This document shows positions 1 through 11,063 of a DNA stretch of 64,000 bases, in pieces. The translations under genes were made by a program, and so were the position numbers. The stretch comes from Marsupella aquatica (Eukaryota; Plantae; Marchantiophyta): positions 6,782,963-6,846,962 of the forward strand of contig OZ316893.1 in assembly GCA_973895155.1 (NCBI GenBank), written 5' to 3'. How positions within the stretch are numbered: the first letter of the stretch is position 1; each line of letters opens with the position of its first letter. The notes under the pieces are model-generated. The model ran no database searches and was not told the origin of the DNA. It saw only the letters and a list, made by a program, of their open reading frames with translations.

Positions 1-212
1 GGGGAAGGCCTATATTAGGCCGGCTACGTATCTCATGACCCGATGAAGGATCTGTCCAGTATATGTGTGTAAAATGTTAATAGTAGTAGTAGAAGGTTAG
101 CAGCGTCCCATGCCGCTAAGCCGCGGAAACGGCCTCGCCAAGCACGAAACCTGCAGGAATCGGCTTGAGCTGGGGGGTTTCTTGGGTTTAGGGAGCCATG
201 GGACGCACCACA
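1..212 (+). repeat. 3' end of 5' LTR of copy A
   Basis: Matches 10852-11063 with 2 substitutions seen; ends in CA and is followed by the PBS. Confidence 0.95.
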
Positions 213-216
213 TTTT

Positions 217-233
217 TGGCGCTAGATGGAGGG
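217..233 (+). promoter_or_regulatory. Primer binding site, probably tRNA-Asn
   Basis: TGGCGCTAGATGGAGGG lies 4 nt after the LTR; 1 mismatch to the complement of the plant tRNA-Asn(GUU) 3' end (TGGCGCTAGAAGGAGGG, recalled). Same site at 57697-57713. Confidence 0.75.
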
Positions 234-281
234 GGCATTTCTTAAGCCGTGAGATATGAAGTTAGAACGGAAGCGTAGGTA

Positions 282-3275
282 ATGACTGACCTTACGCCGA
301 GGGAAGAAAGAGTGATTCAACGGGAGAGAGCTCGACTGCAGCAGCTCGCCGGGTGGCATGATACACAGCGACTGAGAGGGGCAGAAAGAGCTGGTAGCTC
401 CGAAACTGGAAGTGGCATCGAAGAAGACATACCAGAAGAAGAGTCGGTAAGGAGAAGTGAGTCTCCAACCGACATGGGGGAACCAGAGGCACGGCCAGAC
501 GAGAGGCCAGGGACCAGATTGAGCCAGCGGTCGCGCATACATTACAAGGCATTTCATGGGAGAGGAGATGAGGATCCGGACGAATGGTTGGATGATTTCG
601 AGGGAACCGCTGCAGCAAATGGAGAATCGGCCATCAAGATGCAGATTCTTCCCGGCCTGTTCAAGGGTGAGGCTAGGCCTTGGTACAGAGCATTAGATGT
701 GGAAGATCAAGCCATCTGGGATATCTTCAAAACACTCTTTGTTAAGGAGTTTCGACCCATTGGAACTTCAGAACTAGCAGTGCTGAAGTTGGGACAACTT
801 CGGTTCAAGGAGAACAAATCCTTCAGGAAGTTCTTGCAACGCTTTCAGAAACTGGTAAGACGTACAAAGACCAATGCATCTGAAGGTATGCAACTTCAAT
901 GGTTGGTGAATGCTTTGCCACAGAAGATGAGTTTTGCAATTAGGAAGGAGAACCCGGAGACTTTAGCCGAAGCAATTAAGGATATTCAATTATACATTAA
1001 TGCAGATATCACAAGCCGGAAGAAACAGCTTAAGTCTGAGAGTTCCTCATCAGAGGAGGGATCACCCCATAAGAAAAAAGATAAGAAGAAGAAACATTCC
1101 AAGAAGTCTAGAAGTGATAAGTCAAGCTCGGATAGTGGGAGTAGCAAGAGTGAGTCATCTTCTAGTTCTGAAGAAGAAAAAACTAGGAAAAGGAAGGGCA
1201 GAAGGAGAGGGAAGACGAAAGTCAAGATGGAGGCTAAGCCACCAGATAACATCGTAGCCCTTACCGAGCAACTTAAGGCTATCATTGCAGAGGTAAAACC
1301 AAAGAAGAAGGTAGTACAGGAGGATAGCTCTGTATGGTGTGCCTTATGTTATAAAACCGGACACCATAAAGATGCGTGTCCTAAGCTTAATACTAATCAT
1401 GTTCGGCATGTGGCCGAGATCAGACCATGTCAGGGAGAAGTAGAGTACTTTTTGGGAGATGCCGCTGATAGTGTTTTCGGCATCAGTGAGACTGGAGCAC
1501 GAGACCTATCCAACAGACCTGCATCTCTGTGGTCAGGGTTAAGGAACAATCCAGGAGAGATGTATCCTCGGATTATTCAGAACCCGTCAGTACCTCCTAG
1601 GCCGAATGTGCAAAGATTTGCGGCGTGCTATAATTGTGGTCAACCTGGCCATTTTGCTAGAGAATGCCCGAATGCACGCAAACAGGGTGATGGACAACCA
1701 GCTTAGCTATGTATGGGATGCCGACAGGAAGGTCATATGCTAGGGCAATGTCCTACTTGGTTGGCAGGCCTGGCCGCAAATCATAAACTTTTGTCGGTCA
1801 AGATCTTACCGCCAGGTACTACCCCCGGAGGAGTTCAAATCAACCACATCGAACTAGGATGGCAAGAGGATGCCGAGGCAGAGTTCGTACCATCTGATGA
1901 TGAGGCCGAAGCCCTATCAACCTTCTCAGAGGAGGATTTAGATCATGATTGCTACCGGGTCTCTACTCGATCTACCAGAAGGAAGGAAAGGTGGGATGGG
2001 CTGGCCAAAAATAAAGGGAAGGTTACGGAGGAAAGGATCGACTCTTCGTCAACATCAACAGAAGGAGAAGGGAGGGCTCCGGCAATACAGGTAAGCCATG
2101 AGCCCACCAGTGAAACCAATCCTTCACAAGATAGCGACTTCAATCGAGATCATCCTAAGTTGTTCTACCCCTCTGTTACGGCTAGTGTTAAGGAACAACT
2201 AAGAGAATTAGAAACCCTGGAGAATACCGAAGCCATTGCCAAGGATGTAAAACGAGCAAAAGCATTGTTTGCTTCGGAAGACCCAACAGCTGTGGAGACT
2301 AGCGTGGCAAAACTGGCCGAATCCAAGACGGAAACACCACCAGAAGAGAAGCCGATTGTTCCCTATGACCTGGCTAAAGATGTACTAGAATCTAGAGTCT
2401 CGGCAACAGTAGGTCAACTATTGAAAAATAGCCCGTACTTCCGGAAGCAATTAAGGAAGGCTATTCTCGGCAAGCCGAGATTACCCAAGGTAGCAACCAG
2501 ATCCGACGTACTAATGATAGAAGAAGATCAAGGAGCTCCAGCATTACCATTAATGATTCAAGGAGAATTATTACTACGGGTACCCATCGATGGAGGATCA
2601 GGGGTATGTATTATGATTGATTCAACAGCAAAAGGGTGGGGTCTAACACCGGAGATGACTGGAAGAGTGTTGAACATGGCCAATGGATATCAGGTCATTC
2701 CGACGGGAGTGTTAACCGGCATCAAGACAGAGATAGGAGGTATCTTCTTTAGCATTAACTATGTAGTAATGAAGCCGGTAAATCCTACGTCATTCCGGCT
2801 ATTGATTGGTAGGCCATGGCTGTACCTAGCCGAGGTAATAGAAGATTGGGGTAAAAAGCAGTTCACTTTCGGGACCCCCTCTATCACGGTATCCTGGGAC
2901 ACTAAGGATGACCGTAGGAAAAGCATAAGGGAAGTAGATGGGTACGACAGTGGACTGGAGTCAGCCGATGAAGTACGTTGGTTAGAATGCCTCACTAACC
3001 TAACCGAAGAAGGTGTCTTTGGACCAGAGGTACCCCCCAGCGGATTATGGCAAGAACCAATGGAAGGTGACTTGGAAGAAGAAGACGAAGAGGTCGAGGA
3101 CTGCTTTACAATAGAATCCACCTTTTTAGCTGCAATTCCGGAGGAAGTAAAGGATGTAGACCAATTGGATGAAACGGCTAAGTGGGGAGCAGTAGTAGGG
3201 ACAGTGGATTTTCTGCAGGCGTTGTGGCAGAGCCGACGGGGTCCACAACGCCATCGATCATCGGCAAGGAATTAA
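282..3275 (+). pseudogene. gag: gag-protease ORF of copy A, broken by one premature TAG at 1704-1706
   Basis: Retrotrans_gag-like region, CCHC knuckles (CALCYKTGHHKDAC, CYNCGQPGHFAREC, CMGCRQEGHMLGQC) and aspartic protease motif IDGGS. Copy B has CAG at the stop position and is one 997-aa ORF. Confidence 0.9.
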
Positions 3276-6200
3276 ATACCAAGGGATCGGCATACAAGCC
3301 GATTACGAGGGCAGAACAAATTGAGGCCCTATTAGAAGCCGAGAGAGCACAGCGGCCTAACTCTCAGGAGCAAGAGGTGGATGAGATGGACAGACACGAT
3401 CTAGAGCCAAGGCAGGAAGGGGAGCCGACCACTAATTCAAAACCGAATAGACCGGTAAGGGGACAATCTATGGACACCAAGGAAGGGACCGACTCGGCTA
3501 GTCCAGCCGAGATCCCAGTTTATGGAGGTATGAGATTAGAGAGACTGGAAGCCGAACTGGACCCGAATTTGAAGAAGCAGATTAATATGATCCAAGCACG
3601 GCAATATCGGAAGCTCGACTTAGGAGAGGGAAGAGAACTGAACTTAGGGAGAAACCTAGCACCTGAGCTCGAGAAAGAGATCAGTGACTTATTGATTGAA
3701 TTTCAGGATGTGTTTGCATGGAGTCACCAAGATCTAAAGGGAGTAGATCCAACACTAGGGGAACATCGAATTGATCTCATGTTAGGAGCCAAATCATTTC
3801 GACAACCAATTCGAAGGATGAACCCGAAGTATTCCCTGCTGGTCAAAACAGAAATCGACAAACTAGTGGAAGCTGGATTCATCACTCCAGTCCTGCATTC
3901 AGACTGGGTGTCTCCAATTGTGATAGTTCCCAAGAAAGCTGGACCCGATGGTAAACCCAAGATCCGGGTTTGTCAGGATTACAGGAAGCTGAATGAAGCA
4001 ACATTAAAAGACCATTTTCCTTTACCGTTTACTGATATGGTACTAGACATGGTATCCAGTCATGAACTATATTCATTCATGGATGGATACTCTGGTTATA
4101 ACCAAATCAGGATTCGGCAGGAAGACCAAATCAAGACGGCCTTCATCACGGAATGGGGGATCTATGTCTTCAATCGTATGCCGTTTGGACTCTGCAACGC
4201 ACCAGCTATGTTCCAACGATTAATGGTGAACATTTTTCATGATTACTTGAGAAAGTTCATGGAAATCTTCATTGATGACTTTGCAGTATTCGGGAAGGCA
4301 TCGAAACATGCTAAATACCTCAGGAAAACCTTCATGAGATGTAGAGAGGTGGGTCTCAAGTTACACCCAGATAAATGTTTTTTTGCAGTAACCGAGGGGG
4401 TGCTACTAGGTCACAAGGTATCAAGGAAGGGCATTGAGATTGACAAAGGTAAGCTAGCAGTATGGCTAGATATCATGCAACCTAAGAACATAAAGGATGT
4501 AAGATCCTTCTTGGGATGCATTGGTTACTATCGCCGGTTCATCAAGGATTTTGCCAAGCTGGCTTTACCATTAACCAATATGCTCAAGGCAGGAGCAGAC
4601 TTCGAACCCACACCCGAACGAGTCACAGCGGTGGTAGAATTGAAGCAGATGTTAGTAGAGGCCCCAGTCATGATAGCACCGGACTGGAACAAAGATTTTC
4701 ATGTTTTTATAGATGTCTCGGGCTTCTGTATTGGCTCAGTACTAAGTCAGTTGGATGAGAAAGGAAGGGACCATCCCATATACTTCGCAAGCCGTCAGCT
4801 TGCCGATGCCGAACGGAACTACTCTACCACGGAAAGAGAAGCATTAGGAGTCATTTATTCTTGTAAAAAGTTTAGGCATTATTTACTAGGGTACAAGGTA
4901 ATCTTTCATACTGATCATGAAAGTTTGAAGTACCTAGTCAATAAGCCGGACCTTACAGGCAGAGTAGCAAGATGGATTTTGCTATTACAGGAGTTTGACT
5001 ATGAGCTGAGGATCAAGCCGGGAAAGTTACATGCCAATGCCGACTTCTTTTCAAGGATCACAGGTAAACCTGCCACGGATTGCATCGATGATCGATTCCC
5101 CGACGAGGAGCTATTCGTTGTGGAAATAGCTGGTACATGGTACCCTGAGATTTTACAATTTCTCAGCACTTCCAGATTACAGCCAGGATTAAGCCGAGAG
5201 CAAGCCGCAGTCTTTGTGCGGAAGGTCAGACAGTATCAGTGCATTAAAGGCATACTGCACAAGCATGGAATCAACGGCACGATTCAAAGGTGTTTGGAAA
5301 AGAGAGAGGTAAAACGAGTCCTACGGGCCATGCATGGAGAGGAGGCCGGAGGACATTTTTCCCCAGTAACCACGTCTAAGAAGATATTAAATGTCGGTTA
5401 CTGGTGGCCCACCTTGCACAAAGATGTCTATCAGTTTATCAAACAATGCGATCCTTGTCAACGAGCGGGAGGACCAAGGGCGTCCACCAGGCATCCACTG
5501 CACCCTATTCTACCTCTGGCACCATTCGAGAAGTGGGGTATTGATTACATTGGACCTCTGAAACCACTGACCCACCCTCGACTGAACAAGTACATAATCC
5601 TGGCTACGGATTATGCAACTAAATGGGTAGAGGCCAGACCAACAACGAAGGATGATGCAATTACTACGGCTAGATTCATGTATGAGCAGATCTTCACCAG
5701 GTATGGAGCACCCCTAGAATTAGTTAGTGATAGAGGAACCCATTTTTTGAATGATATAATTAGTCGTTTAAATGAGCAGTATTTAGTTAAACATAGGCCT
5801 ACTACTCCCTACCATCCAAAGGCAAACGGGTTGACAGAACGAGCAAACGGGATCATAGGAAAGATATTGAACAAGACAGTAGCTCAGAACAAACTCGATT
5901 GGGATGATAAATTGTTTGCTGCTGTTTTTGCTTACAATCTGGCCTATAAATCCACTACCGGTCATACACCCTTCTTCTTAACCTTTGGACAAGAAGCCTT
6001 GGTACCCATGCAACTTGAGATACCGACATTTCAAGTTACAATTGAGGAAAGAGCCTCAGCGGAGGAGAGCCTAAAGGAGCGAGAATATAGGTTAGAAGCT
6101 TTAGAGGAAGCGAGAATGATTTCAGCCGAGAGAGTAGAATATAGACAGAATATCATGAAGCAGCAGTATGATAAAAGGTTAAAAGTAGTTAGTATTCATA

Positions 6201-6448
6201 CCGGTGATCTTGTGCTACTTTATGACAGTAGGTATAGTAGGTTTCCAGGAAAGCTTTACACTCACTGGTTAGGACCCTTTAGAGTAACCATGATGTTCCC
6301 CAATGGCTCCGTGCAATTGGCCAACATTACGGGAGAGGTATATCCAGTTCGCATCCATTATGACCGCCTCAAGAAATACTATATGGACGAAGATGAAGTT
6401 GTTCGCGAGGACGCTTCACAATTAAGTGGGGAGCTATGTGATGCCTAG
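3182..6448 (+). CDS. pol: pol (reverse transcriptase, RNase H, integrase), intact frame
   Basis: RT motifs RVCQDYRKLN, MPFGLCNAP, FIDD; RNase H DVS…NYSTTERE; integrase HHCC and DDE (WGIDY, SDRG, ERAN). The stop codon lies 12 nt inside the 3' LTR. Confidence 0.95.
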   Translation: MGSSSRDSGFSAGVVAEPTGSTTPSIIGKELNTKGSAYKPITRAEQIEALLEAERAQRPNSQEQEVDEMDRHDLEPRQEGEPTTNSKPNRPVRGQSMDTKEGTDSASPAEIPVYGGMRLERLEAELDPNLKKQINMIQARQYRKLDLGEGRELNLGRNLAPELEKEISDLLIEFQDVFAWSHQDLKGVDPTLGEHRIDLMLGAKSFRQPIRRMNPKYSLLVKTEIDKLVEAGFITPVLHSDWVSPIVIVPKKAGPDGKPKIRVCQDYRKLNEATLKDHFPLPFTDMVLDMVSSHELYSFMDGYSGYNQIRIRQEDQIKTAFITEWGIYVFNRMPFGLCNAPAMFQRLMVNIFHDYLRKFMEIFIDDFAVFGKASKHAKYLRKTFMRCREVGLKLHPDKCFFAVTEGVLLGHKVSRKGIEIDKGKLAVWLDIMQPKNIKDVRSFLGCIGYYRRFIKDFAKLALPLTNMLKAGADFEPTPERVTAVVELKQMLVEAPVMIAPDWNKDFHVFIDVSGFCIGSVLSQLDEKGRDHPIYFASRQLADAERNYSTTEREALGVIYSCKKFRHYLLGYKVIFHTDHESLKYLVNKPDLTGRVARWILLLQEFDYELRIKPGKLHANADFFSRITGKPATDCIDDRFPDEELFVVEIAGTWYPEILQFLSTSRLQPGLSREQAAVFVRKVRQYQCIKGILHKHGINGTIQRCLEKREVKRVLRAMHGEEAGGHFSPVTTSKKILNVGYWWPTLHKDVYQFIKQCDPCQRAGGPRASTRHPLHPILPLAPFEKWGIDYIGPLKPLTHPRLNKYIILATDYATKWVEARPTTKDDAITTARFMYEQIFTRYGAPLELVSDRGTHFLNDIISRLNEQYLVKHRPTTPYHPKANGLTERANGIIGKILNKTVAQNKLDWDDKLFAAVFAYNLAYKSTTGHTPFFLTFGQEALVPMQLEIPTFQVTIEERASAEESLKEREYRLEALEEARMISAERVEYRQNIMKQQYDKRLKVVSIHTGDLVLLYDSRYSRFPGKLYTHWLGPFRVTMMFPNGSVQLANITGEVYPVRIHYDRLKKYYMDEDEVVREDASQLSGELCDA
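3206..3265 (+). promoter_or_regulatory. Putative -1 ribosomal frameshift signal (G_GAU_UUU plus H-type pseudoknot)
   Basis: Heptamer at 3206-3212 in the gag-PR/pol overlap; 5-nt spacer; stem 1 GGCGTTGTGG (3218-3227)/CCACAACGCC (3243-3252); stem 2 GCCGA (3232-3236)/TCGGC (3261-3265). Same in copy B at 60686-60745. Confidence 0.75.
6424..6434 (+). promoter_or_regulatory. Polypurine tract
   Basis: AAGTGGGGAGC immediately upstream of the LTR start TG at 6437; same in copy B before 63917. Confidence 0.65.
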
Positions 6449-9400
6449 ACAAGAATCACTCGGCCGGTTAAGTGGGTAAAGCAGGAAGGCACCCTAGGAA
6501 CACCTTAGTATAGTGACAAAACAAGGAAAATATAAACAATTAGGGGCAACCATGGAACCCGGGCAGAGGCTGGAGGTAAGGCTGAGGGTGAAAACCCGAT
6601 TAGGGTTAGGGCGCGTTAAGCGTCGGCGGCTAGGAAGGATCAACGGGAAGAAGGACCGGCAGAGGAGAGGGGTAAGGAGCGCTTGCAGGAGATGGTGGCT
6701 CATTTGCGAGCACGAACTAGGCAGACGACTACGGGAGGCCAACTACTGTCAGCTGCTTAGGCAAGCACTCGGGGAGAGAGTAGATACCGACGATCGACCT
6801 AAGGAGGGTATGAGCAACGTCAATCAAGCGGCACATTTCTGGGGATGCCTGTTCGAACGGGCAACTGAGTACATCAAGACTTACGAGGACGAGGAGTCAG
6901 AAAGGGCAGCTCGAGAACGGCAGGAGCTCGCTCGATTGTGGGAGCTGCAGAAGACGGCTTTCTTAGGAGGCGAACTCATCAAGGACGAGTTCCTGTGGAC
7001 GCCTACTTCCAATCAACTCGACGATCTTCTGTTTTGCAAAGACAGCGTCGTCGGCATCCGAGAGGCCATCAAGAACTGCAACGACATACACTGGGAATTA
7101 AAGGGTAGCACGGAAAGGTGGACCCAGGCAACGGTGCTAGGAGAAACCTCCACGGCAGCAGAGATGAAGAGGAAGGGAGCCGTCAACGATGAAGCCACCC
7201 CGGCAAAAAGAACGAGGTCGGCGGCACCAAAGAAGCCAGCCGAGCAGCAAAGCAGGAGGCAGGGAGAAGCCGAAGAGGAGGAGGTCGATCCCATCAAGGC
7301 CATTCCAACCAGGGATGACACCTGGAAGGGCTGGGCGGCAACCCTACCGGTGGAGGTGCAACTACATTTTGCACGGGAGGAGGATGCATGCTTTACGGCC
7401 ATGCAGACCAAGAAGTACCAAGGCTTCATGGCCGGATCCGGCTTGGAGGCCTTTGTAAGATTACCATGGCTGAAGCCGGAGGTACCGGAGTCAGACCTAT
7501 TAGAATTCGTGGGGTCATGGGAACCCGAGACCAATTGCACGAGGATATATGGGAAGGATTTCTATCTTACTCCCAAGGTGATTGCCGAAGTGTTTGGCTT
7601 GCCGATGGGCAATAAGACCAAAGTTGATACCAGGAAGACCTTGCCTGACAAGGAGTTCCGGTCGTTCCCCGGGCCATCAACGAAGAATGGCTTCTTCCGG
7701 AACACCTGCACCAACCCGCACATAGGAGAGATGATCGACTTCTTGCGGGTGACCATGCATTGTAACTTGCCGAGGGCAGAGATCGGCAAGGCACAGGTCT
7801 ATCTGGCAGAAAGGCCAGACCCAAGCCGGGACTACAACGGGTACCTCCTCAACCAATTGAAGAAGATCTTAAAGGAGGAGCAGCAGGTAATCGGCATGGG
7901 GAGCGTGTCGCGGCTTGGCTATCACATGCCGCTGTTGTGCCGGTATGCCAGAGGTCAGACTTTTGCCCCGGTACTTCCCCTGTAGGTAAGGGCACCCGAG
8001 GAAGCTCCAACGCCGAGGCCGTTGGCTGAGAAGCCTCAACCACCTGTTAGTCCTACGATCGAGCAGGTGTTTAGGCCCAGGAAGGAAGACTTGCCGATGC
8101 AGCAACCAGGCATGCAGAGTCTGCTGAAACTACTGGAGAAAGAAAAGAAATCGGCATCGGCAACAACAACGGCAACAGCAACAATGCAGGACACTACTAC
8201 AGAGGTAGGCCTACACCGGCTCACAAGAGAAAACCCCTTTGTTGGAGACAAGGAGAGAATCAGGCCGGAATCCAAGCCAGGTGTTCGAATGTACGTGGGA
8301 ACCTCAAGCTCCGAATCTGAGGCAGAATTGCCTGAAGCTCCTACCGACGAAGAGGAGAGGGAGAAGCTGGATGTCCAAGAGGTAGAGGAGGCAGTGGAGG
8401 ACTGCAGCCATGATAATTCCGGCTATGGGTCGGACCATCACGTTCCAGGAGTAAGGACCTGTGGCCGGTTTGTCCCCACACTTCCAAGGGTAGTGCGAGG
8501 GGACCCCAACCAGCAGAGTAGCCCTGAGTCTCCCCCACCAGATGTTGCTCCCCCGAGCTTCGACGGCATAAAACAGACGGTGCAGGAATTTCAGGAGTGA
8601 ATCAAGCAGGAGGAAGAGGCCGCCCTGGCTAAGGAAAAGGATTTACCAGGAGGAGATTGGCCGGAGGACATCAGGCGGCTAGCCGAAAAAGGAAGCAAAC
8701 CTCTAGCCACGATTGAAGAGATCCGCAGGACGGCTTGGGAGCAGAGGCCACGATGGGCGATGCCGATCACTTCTACTTACTCCACCTACGCTAAGAATAG
8801 AGCCATGGAGTATGGTGAGATGTGTGGGGAACTTGCGCTCGGCATCTTTGGAGAGGAGTTGGAGATAGGACCCTTTTTCCATAGGGAGCAGTTGGAGAAG
8901 CACCAATTAGAAGAAGCGGTGGCTTTAGAGAGAAGCAAGAAGGACGAGGTCATTCGGCGGCTTAGGAGGATGGGAGCCGAGATTGAAGATCTAAGGGCGG
9001 CCAAGAAAGCCCAAGATGAACTGCGGATTAAACGACATGAGCTGAACATCATGCAGGGGCAGTTGGACGCCGCGCAGGCTGATAATCAGAATATCAAGGA
9101 TAAACTGACTCAGACGCAGGAAGAGTTGGCCGACACGATCAAAGAGAGGGAGAAGTGGAAGCAAGAGCTGAAGAATACAGAGGAGGCGCACATAACAGCC
9201 AACAGCCGGGCCATGGCGGAGACCCAAAGAAAGGAATGGGCGTTGAAAGGGGAGCTCGAGAAAATCCGCGGAGCCCTTGAGCTGAAGGAGGTCGAGTTAG
9301 GGAAATCCTATCAAGGGATTATGGCGCTACAGCAGGAGCTTGCGTCCCTGACGGCCAGCTTCAAGGCCGACCTAAGGGAGAAGGACGAGATGCTCGAACA

Positions 9401-11063
9401 GACTTACGCCAAGATGAACCAGATGGAGTCTGTCATCATTGCAGAGCTCGACAAGGAGCTAAGAGCAACCTAGGAGGAGAGGGCTACCTTGAAGAAGGAA
9501 TTGGAGGAAGCCCACAGGGAGCAGGAGGAGGCCAAAAACGAGCTGGAGGGGGCACGTAAGGACCTGGATGAAACCCAAGAGGAGTTGGAGGAAATCACGA
9601 GGAAGATGGAGAACCTACAGCGGCGGGCCGACAACCAAACAGAGCGGCTGAAGAAACAAGCCGCAGTATTTAAATGCTTAGCTGCAGCAGGTCCATCTCC
9701 CGTTGGGACAAACCAGTTACCAGGGGTGGTAATTGCCGAAGGACAAGCCGCGTCAACTGCACCAGTGCCGGAAGTAAGTGGGAAGGGGAAGGGACCAGCT
9801 GCCGAGCCACCAACGAAGAAGAAGCGGAAACCTCCAGGGTCAAGGAGTAATACGACTTCACAGGCCGTGGTGATCAAGGAGGTAGACCCAGCACCGACCC
9901 CAGACAGGGTCACGGCTAAGGATCCAACTACCCTAGGGGAAGGGGAGGCCGAAGCCGAGGGAGTGGCTGAGGCCAAAGCCGTGGGTATTGCCGAGGCCGG
10001 TGTCGAGGCTGAAGCCGAAGGTGGACCCAGTCAGGCCGATGGAGAGTTGACTCGGTCAAGGGCAGGTAATCTGTCAGTAGGCGGGCCAACGGCAGTGGCT
10101 GAGGAGGAAGTGTTGGGGGCGTCCATTGAGGATCCACCACCGGTGTCGTGACGGTGCAAGGGCGCCGTTCCTTTTAGGGAGGGCGGACGTGGAGGGAGGA
10201 GGCGTGAGTGGGCAGGGCGGGCGCGGATCTCCACGTTTAGGATTAGGATCAGAACCAGGAGCGGCCCTGACACTTAGCTTAGTGGGATTGCGGTCCCACT
10301 GGTAGGAGCAACACTTGTGCTCCTGCCTTGCTGTACATAGGTAGATTCGGGCAAGTAGATTACTGTTAAGTAGATTAGGCTTACGATGCAAAGAATGGCG
10401 GATCCACTACCAGGATAAGTACCTGGGCAGCGGGGAGCTCAGGGCCTCTTCTTTAGCAAGTTTTTAGTTTGCACCAGCCGGGCTGGGATCAAGTAGTACG
10501 AGAAGCTCTCGGTTAGTCATACAGTGACCCTTGTGTATATTCATGTTTCCTCATGCCTAAGAGCTGAATAGAGTTGGCCTCACGGCTTAGTTCGCAGAAC
10601 TTGTGTATGAGATGTACTGTTTGTATGACAAGTGCATGGTATGACTCAGTCAGAATGAGTCATTTTGCTATTTGTGTGTCGCATTAACTTGTGTGAAGAG
10701 TGCCCACATCAACAGAAGGAAGGAAAGTAAGCAGGGGAGTGAGAGTTGGATGTGTCGAGCTGAGAGAGGTCTTAGCGGCTTAACCAAGCCTATTGGGGAT
10801 CATTCCGGCGGCGGAATCCAAACATACCTAACAGGAAGACAGGGGAAGACAGGGGAAGGCCTATATTAGGCCGGCTACGTATCTCATGACCCGATGAAGG
10901 ATCTGTCCAGTATATGTGTGTAAAATGTTAATAGTAGTAGTAGAAGGTTAGCAGCGTCCCATGCCGCTAAGCCACGGAAACGGCCTCGCCAAGCACGAAA
11001 CCTGCGGGAATCGGCTTGAGCTGGGGGGTTTCTTGGGTTTAGGGAGCCATGGGACGCACCACA
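6437..11063 (+). repeat. 3' LTR of copy A (4,627 bp)
   Basis: TGTGATGC…GCACCACA termini (7/8 inverted repeat); the same boundaries are flanked by TSDs in the solo copies. Confidence 0.93.
6810..10151 (+). pseudogene. LTR-encoded ~1,113-aa protein (plant-retrotransposon accessory-ORF-like domain plus long coiled coil), 3 premature stops; an upstream in-frame ATG at 6552 could extend it
   Basis: ORFs 6513-7985, 8022-8600, 8760-9473 and 9489-10151 share one frame; each stop is a sense codon in sister LTRs. Confidence 0.85.

Larger units (their letters stand above)
1..11063 (+). mobile_element. Athila-like Ty3/Gypsy LTR retrotransposon, copy A (5' LTR truncated by window start)
   Basis: Order is LTR end (…GCACCACA, 212), PBS, gag-PR, RT-RH-INT, PPT, 3' LTR 6437-11063. 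Gypsy domain order. Athila-like motifs (IDDRFPDEELF, WGIDYIGP, VLLYDSR..FPGKL..WLGPF); no chromodomain or extra archaeal RNase H seen. Confidence 0.93.

Noticed and set aside
1704-1706. TAG between gag and protease as a programmed readthrough codon
   Set aside because: Copy B has CAG at the same position and the stop falls between zinc knuckles; a simple C>T mutation explains it.
8760-9680. Host SMC/myosin-like gene
   Set aside because: The resemblance is only coiled-coil composition; the sequence is part of the repeated LTR.
6513-10151. Four separate genes, or a true envelope gene, downstream of pol
   Set aside because: The ORFs are one frame split by copy-specific stops, lie inside the TSD-defined LTR, and show no clear signal peptide or transmembrane segment.
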